Origin: Mobula hypostoma
Lineage: Eukaryota
Direction: 5' to 3'
DNA: 64,000 nucleotides
NCBI RefSeq assembly: GCF_963921235.1
Contig: NC_086097.1
Coordinates: forward strand, 185,134,001 to 185,198,000
Shown here in pieces: positions 52,830-64,000 of the stretch; position 1 is the stretch's first letter; each line of letters begins with the position of its first letter. The position numbers and the translations under genes were made by a program. Below the pieces are notes generated by a model. The model was not told the origin of the DNA. It saw nothing but the letters and a program-made list of their open reading frames with translations, and searched no databases.

Positions 52830-53940
52830 ATATATAAATAAAATGAAGAGTGGTTAAGGAAATACTGTTGGTGTATATTTGGACTTTCAAAAGGAGTTTC
52901 TTAAAATTGTTACATCAGGATAAAGGCTTATGGAATAAAAGAGGATGCAAAGCATGGAAAGGAAATTGGCTAAGTAAAGGAAACAGAGAGTAGTAATGAA
53001 AGGTAAAGCAAAGAAAAGCACAGAGAAATACTTCATGACCTGTACTAGTAGCAATGCATCACTGTACAGGGCCCAAACTCTGAATTTACAGGTGGTATAA
53101 AACTTGGAGGCTCAGTGAACAGAGAGGGTATCTTCAGACTTCAAGGAAATATAGAAAGGCTGGTGGAATGAACAAAATGTGTTACAAATAAATGATAATA
53201 CTGAGAAATGTGAAGGGATACATTTTGATACGAGAATGAGAAGAGGCCAAATAAGCCAGAAAACAAAATTCTAAAGGGATACAAGAACTGAGAAACCTGG
53301 AAGTGTAGCTGTCATTAAACATGGCTGGGCAGACTGAGAAAGTGCTTTTACAAAATGGGATCCTGGGCTTTATAAATTGTGACATAAAGTACAAGAATAA
53401 GGAAGCCCTGATTGAAACTTCATAAAATATTAGCCTGACTGCAACTGGTATTCTGTGGCCACTTCTGGGCACTGCACTATAGGAAAGATATGAAGACTTC
53501 AGAGAGATTGCTGGAGAGGTTTACTCAAGTGGTTCCAGTGATGAGGTACTTTGCTATATGGATAGAATAAAGAATTTGGGGCTATTCTTCTTGGAGCAGA
53601 TGGAGCCGCAAGTAAACCTTATGGAAATACTCTATTTTAAAGATGATAGAATGGGAAATTGCTCCCATTGGTGCAGGTTTCAAGAAACAGGAGACATAGA
53701 TCGAAGATGATTAGCAAAAAAAAATCAGCATGTGGTTAGGATCTGTTGTGCATTGCTACATGCATAATTGGAAGCAGATTTAATTGTAGTATTCAAAAAT
53801 AAACTGGATATATATTTGAAAGAAAATAATTTGCAGAAGTTTGAGCTGTATAGAGAGTGGGATTGGCTGGATTGCTTTTGCACAGAGCCAAAGTGAACTC
53901 GACATACTGAATGCCATTCTTCTCTGCTCCAAACATCCTG
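52830..53940 (+). mobile_element. Old CR1 RT/3' fragment
   Basis: Degraded VYLDFQK and WPLLGT/YRKD-type motifs, CR1-like 3'UTR. Confidence 0.7.
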
Positions 53941-56900
53941 TAATTCTCTGAACTGCATCCAGCTTTTTCAGAGTGCAGCTACTAATTCCTGTTGCAAATA
54001 ATTGCCTCCTGCACTTAATTTTGGAGCAGTTTGCGGACAAAGGGTAGCTACATTGATCCTTTGGTCCAATCAGCATCATGAGACCTTCATTTGAAGAAAT
54101 TAATCAGATTCTTACCCAAGTCCAACAGAATGCATGGCTACAAATTGACATTCATCCAAAACCTGCAATAAGGCAGGTCTTGAGAAATAAGCTGGTTATT
54201 AAAAAAAAAATCGACTTTCATCCCATCTCTGTCTGCTTATAGAAAAAAATTGGAAAGCTGTCAAATAAAACTTAGCTTATATTATAGTCAATTGTTCCAT
54301 TTGATCATTAACAATAATACTTACAATGATGCACAAAAATCCAAAATACACAAGTACTTTTTCCTTTAAATATAGCATAGTACGTAAAACAAAAAAGCAA
54401 AGAATTCTATAAGGACATAATTAAATTAAAGGAAGTCTGAAAAAAAATGACATATGCTGGTATCACCTTCCTATTTGAGCTTTGGATTTGATCTCTGGTT
54501 TTCAATAAGTTATTTCTCTCCTCCTTCTGCCATCTATAATGTTTGAAAGGAAGGTTTACTTATAGTGCTCTTAGACAGTGAAGATATAAGAAATTAGCAA
54601 AACAAAGTGGAAATGACTTTAATAATTATAGTCATCTAATAATTGCTAGATACGGTAGATGAAAGGAAATTTTAGAACTCAGTTTTAGAATTTGTGTTAC
54701 TTTGATCGTGTAAGTCACAACACCAACACATACAGAAATGAAATTCTGCAACTTCTGCGACTTTACCTGAGTCAGAATTGGGATTCAGAATAAATGAAAA
54801 TGTACATTCTGTAAAATGCTCATTGATCACAAGCATCTTTGTGAAAATACTATAACGTTAATAGATTCCAAATTGTTTTCACAAACCATAAATAATACCT
54901 GCTTTGGTAAAGAATACTACTGATGAAATAACTATGTGAATACTTAGGCTACCCAGTCAAATTTTCCTTCACAGTTTGAATAGCATTATTAATTTGTTTA
55001 AAATCAGTTTGTTTCCATTATAATGGCATAAACATTTTCAGAATTTGTTTGATAATCACTGATCAAACAAATTCTAATTTTCTAAATTTTCTAAATTTAG
55101 ATAACACTTTTAAAAGCAGCCTTTAATAACCTTCTACAAATACAATATATCTAGAGCTGGTTGTTTTACCTCAAGTGGAGTCACAAATTATGCATGTGTT
55201 ATAATTGACTGGCTTCACAGCTGTAACAAAGTTCTGAAATCTAAACTCAGATTGGATAACCAGCTGCCCAAACCCATGTCTATCACAATATCATTGTCCC
55301 TGTGAACCTGTTCACATGTTTTAGGACTAGTTACAGACATTGTTTATAATTATCCCTGTGAGTAAGCTTAGTGCTGGCCTTTAGCCTTGGAACCACTTTG
55401 GTTTTATTTCTCAGGAGAATCTTCTTCCTCAGTGTATTATTACCCCAACAAAAAACAAGCTTAAAGAGTTAGAATTGATGTGATATTTGAGAATTAGTTT
55501 CCTAGCACTTCAGAAAAGGATCTTGGTTGTTGTTTTTTACTCTTCCAGCTCCCCTAGGAAGGACTATAGATTTCGAGCTCTGAACCAGGTGGGGTCCTAC
55601 AACAAACCTGGATTTCATTATTTTAATTGCTGACGTAGGTTTATAATTACAAATTAACTTAACTGAATTTAAGCCCAGTTGTAACATAGTAGCTTAACTA
55701 TGAAGCTAAGCAACATCTACATTTGCTATTTTCAAATGAAAGCCAGACTTAAAAGGTTTTGAATCTTTTTTGGGAGGTAGTTCACATGCTGTGCCAATTT
55801 TTACTGTCAGAAGGCAACACTATGTCCTCTCCAATTAAGGCCCATACACCATCTCCTTACCCTCTCCAGCATCACTTCTATTACAACAACACCTGTGCTC
55901 CAACTTTACTTCCCTATATTTTATAGTGAAGAAAATCGATGCTGATTTAGATTGCTGAGCGATCATAGCTGTGTTTTTTTCTGCTCCAGACCTGCTGCAG
56001 TACAGGGGCAGCCACAATTTATTGCTTTTCAGTTGGAAAACTAAGTGATTGATTTGACTAGGTCGAATTGAGCATAAGCTCTTGTGTGCTAAACTTACAC
56101 CAGAATTGCTATTTAAGTTTGATCACAAGGCAGTGAAATATTGATTCTAGTCACAACACGATTAATATTATTAATTGCAACAATTATCATCTTTATTTAT
56201 TACAACAGAATTTTTATTCACACTTCAGCGAATCATTGATCTTGGCCACATTGTAACTATCAGTTAAATCACACTACAATTAATTATTTTACTAGTCAGA
56301 ACCTATTGACCAGTCATGAGTCTAAACAAATTTTCCTTGCCCATTACCCTCTTCACTAGAGTAACCTCTGCTGCAATTTCAGGAATTGCTGCAGCCCATA
56401 CTAATTATGCAGAAGATGGAGCCTATAAATAACCTCAGAAAGAGCTCAAAAGCTTGAATTTGTATTTACAAAAGTGCAGAAAAGTTTATCAGGTCCAAAA
56501 TATTAATTACTTAGGGAAGCAATGCCATGTTTAATTATAGCTTTCTTTATAACAGAAGGAAAGAGAGCGGTTCTATGGTAATGCAGTTCTGAATGTGGCA
56601 ACTAATCATGAAACTATGCACTTGCACGTTGTAAATTAGTGTGAGCAGTCAGCACCACAATCCACATCTGGTTCATTTATAGTCTTTTCAGCTCATAACT
56701 TTTATCCACTCTATTCCTGCTGAAATGTAGCTCACCTCCCCTCATGGGGACCCCTTTCTCTTCATGCTAGTAGGTGTATATTTCAATCATTTTTTGAAAG
56801 ACACATATCATGTATGATCATTAGCTGGTTCGACTTTCACTTCACATGATTATGCTTTCACATCCTATTCCAGGACGTGGGCATGTAATCTAAAGCTGTG

Positions 56901-57003
56901 TTATGGTAGTGCTTGGTTTTCTAAGATATACAGTGAGGAAGATCTTGTCCTAAGAGCTATTAACTGGAAAGTAATATCTTTTAACATTTAAAATCCATGA
57001 ATT

Positions 57004-57326
57004 GGGCCGGCTGGTGGTGCAATGACGTCAGTGCCAGACTCTGGAACAGAGGTTCCCGGGTTCGAATCCAGTCGGGGTCGCTCCCACGTATGCTTTCCGT
57101 TCATGCCAGGTTCAGTGTCGAGATCCCAACTCGACCTTGTAAAATAAAGGGAAAAAATACTGTGAAATGTCTGTGTGAGGAGTGGTGCACCACACAGTCT
57201 CTCTCTCTCTCTTGCTCCGTGCCTTGTAAAGGCATGAAAAAGACATCGCCCCGCCAACATTGTGTGCACACACAGATGCACGCACGCACACAGACAGACA
57301 CACACGCATGCACACGCCAAAAAAAG
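57004..57326 (+). mobile_element. tRNA-derived SINE
   Basis: A-box TGGTGCAATGA, B-box GGTTCGAATCC, non-tRNA body, CA/CG-rich repeat and A tail. Confidence 0.85.
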
Positions 57327-57394
57327 TTTTTAAAAATAAAATAAAAAACACTACTTATCCAGCCCCACTTCCTTCTTGTAATAAACTGACTGCT

Positions 57395-58155
57395 GTGTAC
57401 ATACATCTACTGATGCTTCTGGACACATCTTCAGTGATGTTCCTGGAATCATCGGGTGTTTCGGGTCTTTCAACATCATACAACCTCCTCCAGGTGACCC
57501 AGCCGGGGCTGATCAGACCCCAGCTTGTGTCCAGATGGCTAGCTACTTATGACTCCATGGCTCCCCTCTTTTGAGCCACAGCCATCTTGAGGCCCTCTCT
57601 GCCACATCGGTGGTACTGCGGATGGCTCTCCTCTTCCTTTCTCCCTCGATGCCCAAAATGCTGAAGGCTCTAGCTAAGGAACGGGCTACTAATCCCCTAC
57701 AACCAACCTCCACTGGGAGACACCTTGCTCTCTATCCAGCCTGCTGACAGTTGCTGACCAGTCCTGCGTACTTGGAGAGCTTCCTTTCAAAGGCCTCTTC
57801 CAAGCTATCTTCCCATGGGACTGTCAGCTCCAGCAGCACCACTTGCTTAGTAGACTCGGACACTAGGACAATGTCTGGTCACAGGGTGGTGGCTGCGATA
57901 TGGTTGGGGAACTTCAGCTGCCCTTCGAGGTCCACCAACAGCTGCCAGTCCCTTGCAGAGGTCAGAATGCCTGCAGATGTTCTTTTGGCAGGTATTGGCT
58001 GCTCCCCAGCTCTGACAAAGGCAATGGTCTGCTTGGAGGGTCGGGACCGCTTCGCCCACTCAACTCCTGCGCTGACGGCTTCAGCGATGGTCTTCAGGAC
58101 CTGATCATGCCTCCACCTGTACCGTCCCTCACCAAGTGCCCTTGTGCAGCCGCTG
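57395..58155 (-). mobile_element. HERO/NeSL-like non-LTR element 3' end with restriction-like endonuclease
   Basis: Minus strand YRWRHDQVL...PDIVLVSESTKQVVLLELTVPWED...ERKLSKY...PVEVGCRG...ASRWLWLKR (RHD, PD-E-K pattern), with internal stops. Confidence 0.88.
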
Positions 58156-58599
58156 AGGATGAGGACTGCTATTCTATTTTTAGCTGGAAACCTTTCAAAG
58201 GAAACTGCCTGACTCCATTTTAGTAGTGTTTTTATGGTTTATTTATTGCATAGATCAAAGCATTTACCTTGGTTCAAGAATTCTGGTGAGTTAACACAAG
58301 TAAGTATTATCTGCATCCAAAGTAAACTTACCCCTGCATACACAGTGCAGTTAAATAACCCTCCAAATCCAATTTGTTATTTGACTTGATTTCCAATAAA
58401 TCCCACCCATAGTTTCCAATCCTCACAAGTATGTTATTCACTGTAACACTGTCACAAGCTCAAATCTTTCACTTCTCCACAATCTCCAACCAGCTTTATT
58501 TACTCAATATTATTTTTGTTTCTACTGATAAGGTAGCTAACCTGCCATTCAAATCAGTCTCCACGGAGTAAACTTCCAGCAAGAAAAGAAACCTCTGAT

Positions 58600-59332
58600 A
58601 AGATGACACCGCGTTTTGATGCAGCAGCTTCTATGGGGTCAACCAAAGGTGTTATTGTCTTTTTTAAACATATTTTTTTATGATTGAAAGACTCTGCTGG
58701 ACATTAATAACGTAAAGTACTGCAGGCATACACCATCATCGAGTTGCTTGTTGGGAGAGTTGCTTGAAGGAGCTGGACTTGATGTGGACCATAACGTAGC
58801 CTATGACAGAGGGGCATAGGTGCATGAAGGAGGTATGCAGTCTAACAACAAGGAATTAACTTAGTTGCTTTTCTTGTGATTGCAAGACCCTGTCAGACCT
58901 TGATTGTGCGGAATGCTGAAAGACCAATTAATTGGTGTATTGGCGAGCAGGGGGTGTGGAGGAGCTGTATGGTCCTGTGTTGTAGCGAGGACTGGGCCTC
59001 AAGCCCTGGAGTCATCTGTTTGCAGCTGCCTGGGGGAGCACCAGAGTCGGGCTGGAGGCGCTGTGGCACAGCATCCATGCTGGAGTCAATGCTGTCCCCA
59101 GGGTTGCTTGGCAGAAGACAAGCTGTATTGTGTTCTGCTGCAACATTCCTGGACTCAGAGCCCTGGACTATATATTTTTTGTGTCACTGTATTTTACCAC
59201 TATCTTACATGTGCTACATTTACCTTGTGCTGGGTGACTGTTGGTACTGTGTTTTGCACATTAGCCCTGGAGTAACACAGTTTTTGTTTGGCTGTATTCA
59301 TGTATGTTTGAATGACAATTAAACTTGAACTT
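58600..59332 (+). mobile_element. Non-coding retroposon with (TTGAAC)-type tail
   Basis: Starts AAGATGACACCG (CpG-decayed AAGATGGCGCCG) and ends ATGACAATTAAACTTGAACTT. Confidence 0.6.
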
Positions 59333-59664
59333 ACAACTGTTCACATTGCTGGAGAGAAGCAACAGCATTTTCTCATACGGATGAATTCACTTTCATAGCA
59401 GAATTGTTTTGTGTATGAAGATTGCATCAGCTGTCTTTGACAATGGAGAGATAGCTAAATATCTGTGTTATGAATACAAAAAGGAAAAGCATTCCACTAT
59501 TCAAAATCAATAATCTGCCACTTTACTGATTACAAGCAGTTATAGCTTTTATGTTCTATCTGCTATTATGCATATCATCTCAATCAAAAACATGTTTTAT
59601 ATGGAGTAGTATTTCCTGTTTGCTTTTGGATTAAGACTGTTCAGTTAGTTATCAATATTTAGCA

Positions 59665-60573
59665 ATAGGAAGATGTGGAGAGTCTGCAGAGGGATATAGA
59701 TAGGTTAAGTGAGTGGGCCAAGGTCTGGCAGATGGAATACAACATTGGTAAATGCAAGATCATACCCTTTGGAAGGAATAATAGAAGAGCAGATTATTAT
59801 TTAAATGGTGAAAGATTGCAGCATGCTGTTGTGCAGAGGGAATTGGGAGGGCTTGTGCATGAATCGCAAAAAGTTGGCTTGTAGGTGCAACAGGTTATTA
59901 AGAAGGCAAACGGAATATTGGCCTTCATTGCTAGAGGGATTGAATTCAAGAGCAGGGAGGTCATGCTGCAACTATACAGGGTACTGGTGAGGCTATACCT
60001 GGAGTACTGCGTGCAGTTCTGGCCTCCATACTTGAGGAAGGATATACTGGCTTAGGAAGCAGTGCAGAGGAGGTTCACCGGGTTGATTCCAGGGATGAAA
60101 GGGTTAACCTATGAGGAAAGGTTGAGTTGCCTGGGACTATACTCTCTGGAGTTCAGAAGAATGAGAGGGGATCTTATAGAAACATACAAAATTTTGAAAG
60201 GGATAGATAAGATAGAAGAAGGAAAGTTGTTTCCATTGGTAGGTGAGACTAGAATTAGAGGACGTTACCTCAAGGTTCAGAGGAGAAGATTTAGGACAGA
60301 GATGACAAGAAACTGTTTTTCCTAGAGGGTGGTGAATGTGTGGAATTCTCTGCCCAGGGAAGCAGTTGAGGCTTCTTCACTAAATATATTTAAGAAACAG
60401 TTAGATAGGTTTTTACATAGTAAGGGAATTAAGGGTTATGGGGAAAAGCAGGTAGATGGAGCTGAGTTTACGGACAGATCAGCCATGATCTTACTGAATG
60501 GCGGGGCAGGCTCAATGGGCCATATGGCCTACTCCTGCTCCTATTTCTTATGTTCTTATGTTTATGTTCTTAT
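59665..60573 (+). mobile_element. CR1 3' portion
   Basis: LQRDIDRLSEWAKVWQMEYN, QRRFTGLIPGM, (TTCTTATG)n tail. Confidence 0.92.
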
Positions 60574-61444
60574 TGTTACATAACTGGCAACAATGAATAT
60601 CAATCGAGACAGGTTATATAAAAACAACCAAACATTTATTAAACACAGATAAACAATAAAAAAAAAACGAAAACCTTATCCGGAAGTTAACCACTATGCA
60701 GCCGTTCAACAAACCGTCACTCACCACTGGTTCTTAAAGCGTTAAATGCGAAAACAGTTCTTAAAGCAGTAAAGTCGGATACAGTTCTTAAAATGGTAAA
60801 TTCAGAAATCCAACAGATTTATACATTCAATTGGGAGAGACTTCTCTGGAGAAGGATTTCTTCATAGACGCGACTTTCCTGTTGGTTCTGTCCAAAGGAT
60901 TCACGATGCAGGAAATAAACGGCTTAAACAACTGACCTTAGTTTCTAGACAGCAAATCCTGCATGAACTTCCTTGCTCTTTTGGCAAGAGTTATCTTTGA
61001 TGCAGGTCGCTACTTCTTCAACGAAGACTCAATAAGGTTGATCCTTTATTAAATTGCCGAACATCCCTAACTTCTCTCAATCCTTCATCTCCTGTACTTC
61101 GATAAAGTGTTCACTCTCCAATACTACTGCTGGAAAAAGGTACATCAACACAGCTAGCAAAAATTGCCAGTCAAGCACTATTGTACCTTGCAACAGAATG
61201 TAACACTCCGTTTTAAAAATGAAACTGCGTCATAAAATAAATACGCAACAGAAACGGAGACATACTAACATTCTAGCTGGAAAACTAAAAACTAACTGCG
61301 TCATCAGAGGTCTTCCCTTATATACCCATGGTGCACGTGTCATCACGTGACCTCACATCGGCGGGAAAATTACATCAGGTGACCTCCAAAAGACCATTAC
61401 ATCATTCTTGAAAAAAAAATCACAAGATCTCGAGGTATGTAATA
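60574..61444 (-). mobile_element. Solo LTR (871 bp) inserted in the CR1 tail
   Basis: Termini TGTTACATA...TATGTAATA, TSD TTAT at 60570-60573 and 61445-61448, minus-strand TATATAA (about 61318-61324) and AATAAA (about 60634-60639). Confidence 0.85.
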
Positions 61445-62244
61445 TTATGATGTGCCTTTTGTTCCTATTTAAATTCAGAGTGTGATCGCTTTCAGTATCT
61501 TTTTGTATTATTTCTGTTAATTAATGTTGGAAGCCCCCTGTTTTTTAATAATACTTTTTATAAGATTGGTACTTTTTAACAAACTCATGTGTTTTTCACA
61601 GTATATGGTGGTTCATTCACATTCACTGGCAGAAAGCAGCATAGCAGCTTAACTGACAATTGATCACCTTTCTTATTTTTCATTGGCTAAGTATTAGCAC
61701 ATTTCCCACGTGATGTAATTGTTTTAATTATGTAGCCTATTAACTAATTCATTTCTATCTGAGGAATTTTCCTCATCTTCATTATAAAAGAGATGGATTT
61801 TTCAGAGGCGCCGTCTTAGCTTCTTTTCTATCTTTTGTCTTCATATTCATTCTACCCCTCTTAGCATTGTTTCTCAGCTCTTTACAAAGAGGCACATAGA
61901 TACCAAAAACAAAGGCCAAATAAAATGGAAAGTATTAATCTGTGCTTTAGACAGATGATCCAGAGGCAGGATTGCAATGACAGTGGGCAATCTAGACAGA
62001 GAACATCCCTTCTGTGACATAAAAAGAACATTGGGGCATTCTTTCAATGCCATGGATTTGCACTGGAATGTCTGGCTGTAAAAGTTGGGCACATATCTAT
62101 TTCACTGTAGGTCTGAAAAATAAGCAGATATTTCATGATGGTTGCAGTATTGTGCTAGAACAGAAGGGTCAATTAAAGAAACACCTGTGGAAGCCATCAT
62201 AAGGTTATGATATTTCAATTTCTGAGATACTCCGGCACCAGCAT

Positions 62245-62565
62245 CAGAATTAGAATCAGAATGAGGTTTGTTATCACTGGCATGTGACGCAAAATTTATT
62301 AACTTAGCCACTGCAGTTCAATGCAATACACAGTCCAGCAGAGAGAAAAAAATAATAAATAAAAGAAAACAATAATAATAAATAAACACGTAAATCAATT
62401 ACGTATATTGAATAGATTTTAAAAAGTGCAAAAATAGAAATACTGTATATTAAAAAAAAAGTGAGATAAGTGTCCAAAGCTTCAACGTCCACCCAGAAAT
62501 CGGATGGCAGAGGGGAAGAAGCTCTCCTGAATCACTGAGTGTGTGCCTTCAGGCTTCTGTACCAG
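62245..62565 (-). mobile_element. Rex1-like LINE 3' end
   Basis: (AGAATC)n at 62245-62263 and similarity to 40860-40990. Confidence 0.8.
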
Positions 62566-62569
62566 CAAA

Positions 62570-62735
62570 CATTCCGTGATCAAAGTCACTTAGATCACAT
62601 TTCTTCCCCATTTTGATGTTTGGTCTGAACAAGAACTGAACCTCTTGACCAGATCTACATGCTTTTATACATTAAGTTGTTGCCACATGATTGGCTGATT
62701 ATATATATTTGCATTAGCAGACAGGCCACTGAGTA
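62570..62735. mobile_element. Probable Tc1/mariner terminal fragment
   Basis: CCACATGATTGGCTGATT...GGCCACTGAGTA pattern resembling Tc1-type ends. No partner TIR seen. Confidence 0.45.
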
Positions 62736-63299
62736 TGCTTTGTAGATCCCTAGCCTTCCTGCAGTACGATTACATGAAGATTATTTCAGTGTTGACTTTT
62801 CACCTCCATTCTCAGTTTTCATCATAAAGAATAATCATTAATTCAAATCTACCTTATGGGTTGTAGGACTTTGCAGAGTTTCATGCTGTGTTGATTAATT
62901 GCTAATGAATGAGGGAACAGAACAAACGGTAAAGTGTAGTCAACAGATGGTAAGTTTGCCTAAAACACAAGCTGCCATAAAAGAACTCTCTGCCCATGTA
63001 CTCGTGTCCACATATAATTCAAAATACCAATATCAATTATTCTTCCTTGGGACTTGATATAACTACAAAGATATTAAAGCTTGTGCATCCGTTATTCAGG
63101 AGTAAATCCCATAGCAAGCAATAAAATCATTCCATTGCACTTGGAAGTGGTCCAATTTAGTGCTCATTCTTGGATACTTCTAGTTTTTGGGTGAGTTCAT
63201 GCACAAAAAGGTCATGAGCCCTGATCCATTTTTATCAAGCAAGGGAACAAACTCGCGTAATGAAGATTAGTGCAGGGTATGCGGGGAATAATCTGAAGC

Positions 63300-63900
63300 T
63301 GAAAAATGATGGCCTACTGAAGGTGCAGCAGGATGAAGACAATGTTCAGTTATGAGCTGAGAGGTTGTCAAGTAATATTGCCACACAAGTCTCAAGCAAG
63401 GACCATCTCCATAAAAGAGAGTCCAACCATCTACCCTTGAAATTTCCCAGTGCTTCCATTGCCAGGTCTCCCACAATCCATATCCTTGCAGTTACCATTG
63501 ACCGGACACAGAAATGGCCCAGACATCATCACATTCTTCCCACCACCTAAAAGGGATAAGGCTGAATGCCTGAAAGAGTGCTGATCCAACAGTACTCAGA
63601 AAGTTCAGCAGTATCCAATGCAACACACCCCATGTGACTGGAATGCCATCCACTTCTCTAAGCATTTCCTCCATCAGCATTGCTCAGTGGCTGCACTAGG
63701 TGTTTTCAACAAAATGCATTGCAGTTATTTGCCAAAGCTGCTCTGACAGTATATCCCAAAATTGTAGAATTCACTCCAAGGAAAGAAAACGGCAAAGGGT
63801 GCATCACCACCAGTGGTTTCCTCTCAAATTGTCTATTTTCTACCTTAACTATGTATCACTCTTCCTTCATTCCTACCAATTCTAAATCCTCCCACTCCGT
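63300..63900 (+). mobile_element. Very old CR1/L2-clade RT C-terminal remnant
   Basis: Degraded WQVILP...ILAVTID...WPRH and SADPTVLRKFSSIQ motifs. Confidence 0.45.
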
Positions 63901-64000
63901 GCCAGTGGGAATATTGTAAAGCAGCAACAGTTCAAAGGAGATTTTTTTATACTGCACCTTCTCCAAGAAAAAATAACGACATAGAATATAGTACTGTACA

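Noticed and set aside
53950..56990. Long AT-rich repeat-poor tract as a functional element
   Set aside because: No ORF, RNA structure or repeat pattern that I can support from the sequence alone.
57004..57080. tRNA gene
   Set aside because: A/B boxes are present but there is no proper cloverleaf or terminator, and it continues into a SINE body and tail.

Overview
Eukaryotic (vertebrate) repeat-dominated DNA with no recognisable host protein-coding exon. The mix of CR1 LINEs with an esterase ORF1, Rex1/Babar-like LINEs, Penelope-like elements and Gypsy elements suggests a cartilaginous fish such as a ray (inference). Positions 1-21.4 kb are almost entirely nested transposons. A minus-strand CR1 carries two plus-strand CR1 insertions. 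Next to it, a Rex1-like LINE contains a solo LTR and a Tc1 (DD34E, IR/DR) element, which contains a CR1 that contains another near-intact CR1. The remainder holds older CR1/Rex1 fragments, a Penelope-like element with a Harbinger MITE, an internally deleted Gypsy provirus, solo LTRs, a tRNA-derived SINE, a HERO-like RLE element, non-coding retroposons and AT-rich unique sequence. Most notable: (1) all four CR1 ORF1/ORF2 junctions keep T-TTA-AAC-TAG, the coronavirus-type slippery heptamer in the correct phase, with ORF2 in the -1 frame in three of four copies, suggesting programmed -1 frameshifting; (2) a 166-bp templated copy of a locus-specific TE junction lies 15 kb away, bounded by microhomology; (3) the HERO-like element has a multi-helix, possibly pseudoknotted 3' UTR; (4) one full-length CR1 shows a visible ORF1/ORF2 subfamily swap. 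Family names come from motif recognition, not database searches. Boundaries without a stated TSD are approximate.
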